In this document: one piece after another, positions 57,868 to 64,000 of the stretch
Position numbering within the stretch: position 1 is the first letter of the stretch
How the letters are laid out: each line of letters begins with the position of its first letter
Source of the DNA: an uncultured Bacteroidota bacterium
GTDB lineage: Bacteria > CLD3 > SB21
Direction: 5' to 3'
DNA: 64,000 nucleotides
Assembly (NCBI GenBank): GCA_964478735.1
Contig: CAYZJB010000001.1
Location: 5,296 to 69,295 of the forward strand
The notes under the pieces: generated by a model
Told to the model about the DNA's origin: nothing
What the model saw: only the letters and a program-made list of their open reading frames with translations
Databases searched by the model: none
Position numbers and translations under genes: made by a program

Positions 57868-58884
57868 CTATACGGTTCGTCCGAAAAGGGGAGCCATCTG
57901 TCGGATATCCTGAACCAGTTTGAAATATTCGTCGGGCAGAATCGCCTGCAAGCCGTCGGACAGCGCGTTTTCCGGAGCATGATGTACTTCGATCATCAGT
58001 CCGTCGGCTCCGGCTGCTAGCGCTGCCTTGGCAACGGGAACGACCAGTGAACGTTTTCCGGTCGCATGGCTGGGGTCCGCGATCACCGGGAGGTGCGATA
58101 ATTGTTTGAGCAGTGGAATGGATGCGATGTCCATGGTGTTCCGTGTGTACGTCTCGAACGTTCGAATCCCGCGTTCGCATAAAATGACGCGGTCATTGCC
58201 GCTGGCCAGGACGTATTCCGCACACATCAGATATTCCTCAACGTTGGACATCATTCCGCGTTTGAGCAAAACGGGCTTTCGGGATTTTCCAACCTCCTGG
58301 AGCAGGGCAAAGTTCTGCGAATTACGGGCGCCGACTTGAAGAACGTCGGCGTACCGGGCCACCAGTTCGACCTGATTGGGATTGACCACTTCCGTAACGA
58401 TGGAGAGTCCCGTTTTTTCCCGTGCAAGAGCGAGCAATTCAAGGCCTTTTTCACCGAGTCCCTGAAAACTATACGGCGACGTGCGCGGCTTAAACGCTCC
58501 ACCGCGTAAAACGGTCGCACCGGCTTCTTTGATGGCAAACGCAATTTCCATCAACTGCGATTCGCTTTCGACGCTGCAGGGACCCGCTATCAGGGTCAGC
58601 GCCTTGGCTCCGACGGGACGTCCGCGGACGTCGATGACCGTATCGGTCGGCTTCCACTCCCGGCTGACCAGTTTATAGGGTTTGCTCGTCGAAATGACTT
58701 TTTCGACGCCCTGCATCATTTGCATTTTTTCCGCCATGGTGCCCCGGTCGTCGCCCATGATTTCAATGATCGTCCGTTCATCTCCGGAGGATACTTTCGG
58801 TGTGAATCCGTTTTCTTCAGCGAGACGCAGGATACCGGTCACGTGAGTCATCGAGGCGTTTTTGGACATGACGATGATATTCAT
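57868..58884 (-). CDS. 3-deoxy-7-phosphoheptulonate (DAHP) synthase, type I-beta with N-terminal regulatory domain
   Basis: LIAGPCSVES, GGAFKPRTSPYSFQG and ADPSHATG motifs. Confidence 0.85.
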   Translation of the reverse strand: MNIIVMSKNASMTHVTGILRLAEENGFTPKVSSGDERTIIEIMGDDRGTMAEKMQMMQGVEKVISTSKPYKLVSREWKPTDTVIDVRGRPVGAKALTLIAGPCSVESESQLMEIAFAIKEAGATVLRGGAFKPRTSPYSFQGLGEKGLELLALAREKTGLSIVTEVVNPNQVELVARYADVLQVGARNSQNFALLQEVGKSRKPVLLKRGMMSNVEEYLMCAEYVLASGNDRVILCERGIRTFETYTRNTMDIASIPLLKQLSHLPVIADPSHATGKRSLVVPVAKAALAAGADGLMIEVHHAPENALSDGLQAILPDEYFKLVQDIRQMAPLFGRTV

Positions 58885-59016
58885 GCATCAAACTACTGAG
58901 AAATAGTGAGTCGATCAAGACAACGGCCCGGTCCCTGAAAACAAAAAACGGCCACCCGAGGAGTGACCGTTGGTTTGGAATTGTTCATGATAGAACCCGG
59001 GCCATTCGAAAAATCA

Positions 59017-60900
59017 TCAGACGAGTTCCGGTTCGAGTTTTTTCTTTGACGTCGAAGCCTTTTGACGTTCCGCAGTACTGCCGGGTAAAATGCAGTCTTC
59101 GATCCAATGGTACTGCCCGCCGAGCGTTCGTTTGGCCACGTTGTATTTCATGACGTCGTCGTTGTGCCAGATCGCGGCAAATTTATCCCGGATACGTCGC
59201 CGGGCCATCCGGCAAAACAGATCGGCCAGCTCAATACCGTCGCGGTTGCCCTGCGCGGCCATTTTGTGCGCCCTGGAAATGGCGGCCGACATGGCGTAGA
59301 GTTCCGACCCGATATCGACGATACGGAACAATACGGCTTGTTTGTACGCAAGTTTGGCCTGAAAACGCAGCATGCTGTGGAACGTTTGCCTTGCCAGTTT
59401 ACGCGTGGCACGATCGACAAAACGTGCGTGTTTGGCGAGGCGGCCGAATTCCGAGTACCGCGGCCACAGCGACCAGCCCAGCCATCTCGTCGGATACCAC
59501 CAGGCATAAAAGGCGATGACCTTAGGCAAGGCGGCCAGTTTCTGGCCGGCGGGTTTTTTGGGATCGAGCAGGGCGCCTGCAACTTCAAGGTGTTTGTCGA
59601 CGGCCTCACGAGCAATAAAAAGTCTCATGATTTCACTCGAACCTTCGAAGATCAAATTGATCCGGAAGTCGCGCATCATGCGTTCAACCGGAATCGGATC
59701 TTCACCGCGACTGCGCAGCGAATCCGACGTTTCGTATCCGCGGCCGCCGCGAATCTGCAGCGTGTCGTCGACAATTTTCCAACCGGCTTCGGTGTTATAC
59801 ATCTTACCGATTGCGGCTTCGAGGCGGATGTCGTTGCCTTTGTCGGCAAGCGCCGTTGCAAGCGTGGCCACGGACTCCATGGCAAACGTGGTGGCCGCCA
59901 TTTCCGCGATCTTCTGGGCGATGGCCTCGTGTTTGCCGATCGGCTGGCCCCACTGTACGCGTTCCGACGCCCACTTCCGGACGATGTGGAGGCAGGCCTT
60001 TGCCGTGCCTGCCGCTCCTGCCGGCAGCGTGAGACGTCCGGTGTTCAGCGTGATCAACGCCAGTTTGAGACCCTTGCCTCGTCCCCAGATGATGTTTTCT
60101 TTCGGCACGCGTACGTTTTGAAACGACAAAACGGCATTTTCCAGCGCTTTGAGACCCATAAAATAACAGCGATGGTCGACGGACACGCCCGGCCACGATG
60201 TTTCGACGATGAACGCCGTGATGGCGCCGTCTTCCGGATGCCGTGCCATGACAACGATGATGTCCGCAATGGTACCGTTGGTGCACCACAACTTTTCACC
60301 GTTGAGGATGTAGGCCTGTCCGTCCTCCGTTTCGACGGCCGTCGTGGTCAGTTTAGCGGGATCGGAACCGACGTCGGGTTCCGTCAGGGCAAACGCTGAA
60401 ATTTCACCTTTGGCGAGGCGGGGAAGAAATTTTTTCTTTTGTTCTTCCGTGCCGAAAAGCATTAACGGTTGCGGCACTCCGATGGATTGGTGCGCCGATA
60501 GGAGCGCAATAATATTGCCGTCCTTCGTGCAGATCAATTCCATGATTTTGTTGTATTCGGCCTGTGAAAACCCAAGTCCGCCGTATTCCTTTTTTATTTT
60601 CAGGCCGAACGCGCCCATTTCCCTCAATCGAGCGATCACGGATTGCGGGATCTTGCCGTCGCGGTCGATAGCGTCGGAATCGACCTCCTCGTCGAGGAAC
60701 TTTTTGAAATTTTCATAAAAGGTCTGGAATTCCGGACGGTTGACGCCTTTGGGGTCGGGGAAGGGATGGATCAAATTCAGGCGGAAATTGCCGAGGAAAA
60801 TTTCTTTCAGAAAACTTGGGTTTTCCCATTTTTCTTCGCGTGCCGCTTCGGCTACGTTACGCGCTTCTTCTTCGGTGACGTGCCGCTTATCAGTACTCAT
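59017..60900 (-). CDS. long-chain acyl-CoA dehydrogenase (VLCAD/FadE-like, ~627 aa)
   Basis: [21 protein letters not shown] and QIRGGRGYE motifs; C-terminal extension. Confidence 0.82.
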   Translation of the reverse strand: MSTDKRHVTEEEARNVAEAAREEKWENPSFLKEIFLGNFRLNLIHPFPDPKGVNRPEFQTFYENFKKFLDEEVDSDAIDRDGKIPQSVIARLREMGAFGLKIKKEYGGLGFSQAEYNKIMELICTKDGNIIALLSAHQSIGVPQPLMLFGTEEQKKKFLPRLAKGEISAFALTEPDVGSDPAKLTTTAVETEDGQAYILNGEKLWCTNGTIADIIVVMARHPEDGAITAFIVETSWPGVSVDHRCYFMGLKALENAVLSFQNVRVPKENIIWGRGKGLKLALITLNTGRLTLPAGAAGTAKACLHIVRKWASERVQWGQPIGKHEAIAQKIAEMAATTFAMESVATLATALADKGNDIRLEAAIGKMYNTEAGWKIVDDTLQIRGGRGYETSDSLRSRGEDPIPVERMMRDFRINLIFEGSSEIMRLFIAREAVDKHLEVAGALLDPKKPAGQKLAALPKVIAFYAWWYPTRWLGWSLWPRYSEFGRLAKHARFVDRATRKLARQTFHSMLRFQAKLAYKQAVLFRIVDIGSELYAMSAAISRAHKMAAQGNRDGIELADLFCRMARRRIRDKFAAIWHNDDVMKYNVAKRTLGGQYHWIEDCILPGSTAERQKASTSKKKLEPELV

Positions 60901-61003
60901 CTATGTGGCCCTTTCAATTTCAACAAATAGAAAAGAAAGACTAGAATGGACAGTTCAGTCTACCAAAGAAAGCGTGAAAATTCAAGAAAAAGCCAGGGGG
61001 ACA

Positions 61004-62611
61004 TTAAAACCAGATTGGGTTGGTGACGGCAAAAAAACCGTGGTCGGTCTTTATTTCAGCCCGTACATATCCACTACATCGAGATTCGAGGGGAAACGTT
61101 TGTGACAACGTTAGTGAACCTAAGGTACGATGAATGAGGCAGCGTTCTTTTCGTAAAACACCGTGGAAAATCCGTACGTCGGTCAGACGGCCGAATTCCT
61201 CCGTACTGCGGCCCTCGAGATGAATCGAAATGGCTCTTCCGCGGCACGTCTCGCCGAGCCCATACCGCCGACCGGCTTCATCGGCAACTTCCATCATCAG
61301 GAAAGGACCTGTCGTAATAAAACATCGGCCCCGGCGCAGGGCGTCAATGAGCGAAGCCGGTGAGGATTCGGGTACACAGGCGCATGTCTTGGCCCAGCCG
61401 AACCTTTGATAATGGTCCCTCTCGACCAGACTCCACATCGGCGTGGATACCTGTCGATACCTGTTGAAATTTCCGTGTGCGTCGTTGCCGGCATAAATGT
61501 AAACGTGCGATCCGTTTGCCAGTTGCCGGCGCCATTGTGCCATACCCGAGAAAAATGCGTCGTTGACGGCGCCATTCAGGATCTGTAACCCTGCCAATCC
61601 TGGCGTACTGCAGTCGTCGTGGCTCCATGAACCCCGGCGGATCAGCAGACGTTCCAGCAAGGGCACCGGCTCTTTGGGATGCGACGCGATGATAAGCGCG
61701 TCCGGTTCAGCCCGTTCAGGGATTTCCGAAATCGACAGTTCGGAATCAGTCCGGAACCATCGTTCGGCCCCGTCACCGGAGCCCGGTAAATATCGAGAAG
61801 AGTTCAGCACCAGGCAGTGGACATTACGACCGCCGGCATTGGCGCAGGTCACTTCCTCTCCCGGTAAAACGATGACGTCGGAGCGGGTTGCATTATGACG
61901 CCGGATTTCTTCCTGAAGGGATTTCCATTTCGGCAACGTCGGGTCTTGGATCAGAAAATTATCCGCACGATCGTCGAGGTCGTAGGAATGATCGGTCACC
62001 GCAAAAAAACCGAGACCGATCGCGCTTGCGGCATGAATCGTGTCCGTCAGCGGCGCGCCGAATTCAACCTGGTCGTCGGTATAACTGCTGTGGTAATGCA
62101 AATCACCATAGACCCACCCCGGCAGGCCGGGTAGCGATTCCCGCGCCAGCAGCGTTTGCAATGGACGCTGGCTCAACTGAGGTAAATTATGGTTGATCGT
62201 CCGATTCCGCCGCCCATTGACCGAATAGTCGATCGTGGTATCGAGAGTGATTGGACAGTCTGAAAAATCGTTCGGTGGCGATACAAACAGCGTTTTCGAC
62301 CAAAGGGGAATTGAAATCTTTTCCTCGATCCTGTGCGTCGATGTGACGGATTGTGCCGTCGAGCCGGCTTTGATCGAAACGGTATGAACGTGAACGGGGT
62401 AGCGGTGGGCGTCTTTGACCAGCAGCATGAGGGGAATCGGCTGTCCGGGATTGACCCGATAGGGCGCATCGGTTAGGATTTCGGGTTCTTTCCGACGATA
62501 TCTGGAAAAAGGAAAATATTTGAACACATAATGAATTTCCGGATACAACAGCAGAAAAGACGACAGCCAGAGCAAGGCTTCGGAAGATGCCTGGGGCCAA
62601 AGCGCATTCAT
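61004..62611 (-). CDS. membrane-anchored PHP-domain metallohydrolase (CehA/McbA-like)
   Basis: GDLHYHSSYTDD PHP motif and several His-rich motifs; N-terminal TM segment. Confidence 0.6.
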   Translation of the reverse strand: MNALWPQASSEALLWLSSFLLLYPEIHYVFKYFPFSRYRRKEPEILTDAPYRVNPGQPIPLMLLVKDAHRYPVHVHTVSIKAGSTAQSVTSTHRIEEKISIPLWSKTLFVSPPNDFSDCPITLDTTIDYSVNGRRNRTINHNLPQLSQRPLQTLLARESLPGLPGWVYGDLHYHSSYTDDQVEFGAPLTDTIHAASAIGLGFFAVTDHSYDLDDRADNFLIQDPTLPKWKSLQEEIRRHNATRSDVIVLPGEEVTCANAGGRNVHCLVLNSSRYLPGSGDGAERWFRTDSELSISEIPERAEPDALIIASHPKEPVPLLERLLIRRGSWSHDDCSTPGLAGLQILNGAVNDAFFSGMAQWRRQLANGSHVYIYAGNDAHGNFNRYRQVSTPMWSLVERDHYQRFGWAKTCACVPESSPASLIDALRRGRCFITTGPFLMMEVADEAGRRYGLGETCRGRAISIHLEGRSTEEFGRLTDVRIFHGVLRKERCLIHRTLGSLTLSQTFPLESRCSGYVRAEIKTDHGFFAVTNPIWF

Positions 62612-62628
62612 GAAGAAAAATCGGTGGG

Positions 62629-63054
62629 CTAGGAAATGTATTTGACCATCCGGACCTCGTTGCGGTTGCCCGGATGAATGTCGAACGTCACTTCATCCAT
62701 CACCTTGCGGATCAAGGCGATGCCGAGACCGCCGCGAGCGTGTTTTTTCAACCGGTCTTCCGGTTTTTCGATTCGGTCGGGATCGAACCCGCGCCCGCGG
62801 TCGCTGATGATGATAGTGAGCTTTGCGGAATTGGTTTCGACGGTGATGTCGATTTTTTTTGACGCGTCGTAGTTGTACGCGTGTTTGATGACATTGGCGC
62901 AGGCTTCATCGACGGCCAGTTCGATCTCACTGATCGACTCCGGGGTGAAGCCGAATTTTTTGGCGATCCCCGAGATGAATTCCCTGATGATGCCCAGGTT
63001 GTCGGTTCGGCTCGGGATACGGAGATTGAAACGATTTGGACGCTTGGCCGTCAT
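62629..63054 (-). CDS. anti-sigma factor / serine-protein kinase (RsbW/SpoIIAB, HATPase_c)
   Basis: EACANVIKHAY (N-box), DRGRGFD (G1) and GGLGIALI (G2). Confidence 0.82.
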   Translation of the reverse strand: MTAKRPNRFNLRIPSRTDNLGIIREFISGIAKKFGFTPESISEIELAVDEACANVIKHAYNYDASKKIDITVETNSAKLTIIISDRGRGFDPDRIEKPEDRLKKHARGGLGIALIRKVMDEVTFDIHPGNRNEVRMVKYIS

Positions 63055-63057
63055 GAT

Positions 63058-63420
63058 CTAGGCACCGAACTTTCGCACCGCCGCTTCTTCGGTTTCGTGA
63101 ATTTCATAGATCGTCGGAAAACCCAGCAGGTCGAACACTTTGAACACCTTGGGAGACATCGCACATAATTTGATATCGCCTGCATTGTTCCGGACGGTTT
63201 CGATGAACCCCATGAAAACGCCCAGTCCGGCGCTGGAGATGTAGGAGAGTTCGCTGAAATTGACCACGATCTTGAAACGGCTTTCATCGATCAACGTTTG
63301 GAGCGCCGATTCGAAAGTCGGGTAGGTGTGTGCATCGAGGTATCCCTTCAGGGACAAGACGGACACGGTGTGATGATCGGAACGTGAAACTTCAAATCCG
63401 CTCATGAGACAATCCTGCAA
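63058..63420 (-). CDS. STAS-domain anti-sigma factor antagonist (RsbV-like)
   Basis: NFSELSYISSAGLGVFM motif. Confidence 0.82.
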   Translation of the reverse strand: MQDCLMSGFEVSRSDHHTVSVLSLKGYLDAHTYPTFESALQTLIDESRFKIVVNFSELSYISSAGLGVFMGFIETVRNNAGDIKLCAMSPKVFKVFDLLGFPTIYEIHETEEAAVRKFGA

Positions 63421-63481
63421 ATAAAGATGAAAATTGGGTTGATTGCGGCAGTCATCATGTTAATCGAATTTCGTCTGGATT

Positions 63482-64000
63482 TCAAGACTTTGCTCCCGAT
63501 ATCGACCCCAACGAGTCATGTTTTTTCGTCATGGCCGGATGTTCCGGCGTTTTGTCGGTTACGCGGGGTGTCATGCAAAGTTTCAGCACGACGCACGTCA
63601 GGTCGTCATGCGCGCGGGCCAGCCCGACAAAACTCCGCACGTCGTTTAAAATCGAATTGGTAATGTCTTCGGCATGCCGGTCGGCGGAGTGCAAGACGAC
63701 GTGGCTCAAACGTTCTTCACCGTATTCTTCTCCGCGTGAATTACGCGCTTCGAGCAAACCGTCGGAATACAAAACGAAAATGTCGCCGTCCTGAACTTTG
63801 ATCGCCTGATCCTGGATCATCGTTTCAAAAATCTGACCGCCGTCCAGGCCAAGGCCGATACCGTTGGGACACAGATACTGGGCCTGCCCGGCGTGAATAC
63901 GCAGAATCGGACAGTGTCCGGCCCGGGCATATCGCAATTCGTTTTTTTCGATGTCAAAATCGACATAGACGAGCGTGATGAACGATTTACGGTCCATCGT
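63482..64000 (-). CDS. PP2C-type phosphatase (RsbU/SpoIIE family), C-terminal part; the gene continues beyond the window end
   Basis: VLYSDGLLEA, DDLTCVVLKL and ARAGHCP motifs. Confidence 0.75.
   Translation of the reverse strand, partial: TMDRKSFITLVYVDFDIEKNELRYARAGHCPILRIHAGQAQYLCPNGIGLGLDGGQIFETMIQDQAIKVQDGDIFVLYSDGLLEARNSRGEEYGEERLSHVVLHSADRHAEDITNSILNDVRSFVGLARAHDDLTCVVLKLCMTPRVTDKTPEHPAMTKKHDSLGSISGAKS

Noticed and set aside
59107-60399. 430-aa plus-strand ORF
   Set aside because: It is antisense to the acyl-CoA dehydrogenase gene. Gly/Arg/Pro-rich, with no domain signal.
1-64000. Search for CRISPR arrays, tRNA or rRNA genes
   Set aside because: No regularly spaced direct repeats were found. 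No GGTTCGAATCC-type T-loop or cloverleaf candidates, and no rRNA-like conserved blocks, were recognised by eye. tRNAscan or Infernal would be needed to be certain.

Overview
This is a roughly 57-60% GC bacterial chromosomal segment that is densely coding. Gene content suggests a diderm, possibly from the FCB-group or a candidate phylum: TamB, two Omp85-family barrels, a TolC-MacA-MacB efflux set, an ECF sigma, GH57 and RsbU/V/W partner switching. Housekeeping genes include nadK, pyrD, tatD, iscS, ftsY, ctp, rny, zapA, pheT, tmk, cobB, pepD, a DAHP synthase, reverse transsulfuration CBS+CGL and an acyl-CoA dehydrogenase. Items needing a second look, in rough order of interest: (1) an orphan EutN/CcmL-type microcompartment vertex-protein homolog lies 4 bp upstream of a BamA-like Omp85 gene, with no shell hexamer genes in the window. 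(2) an Omp85 beta-barrel carries an N-terminal bactofilin-like repeat and an acidic coiled coil. (3) a degenerate group II intron with an internally deleted RT/maturase ORF sits directly after the ctp terminator hairpin, and a second copy of its 5' end abuts a 5'-truncated CHAT (caspase-like) gene. (4) a STAS gene is followed by two Roadblock/LC7 genes behind a near-consensus sigma70 promoter, with no small GTPase nearby. (5) a multiply frameshifted zinc-finger anti-sigma factor gene lies downstream of the ECF sigma gene. (6) other items are a HepT/MntA toxin-antitoxin pair in an AT-rich islet, tandem CaCA antiporter paralogs, a frameshifted LysE gene and a C-terminally truncated ClC channel at the window start. 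No rRNA, tRNA or CRISPR array was recognised by eye.
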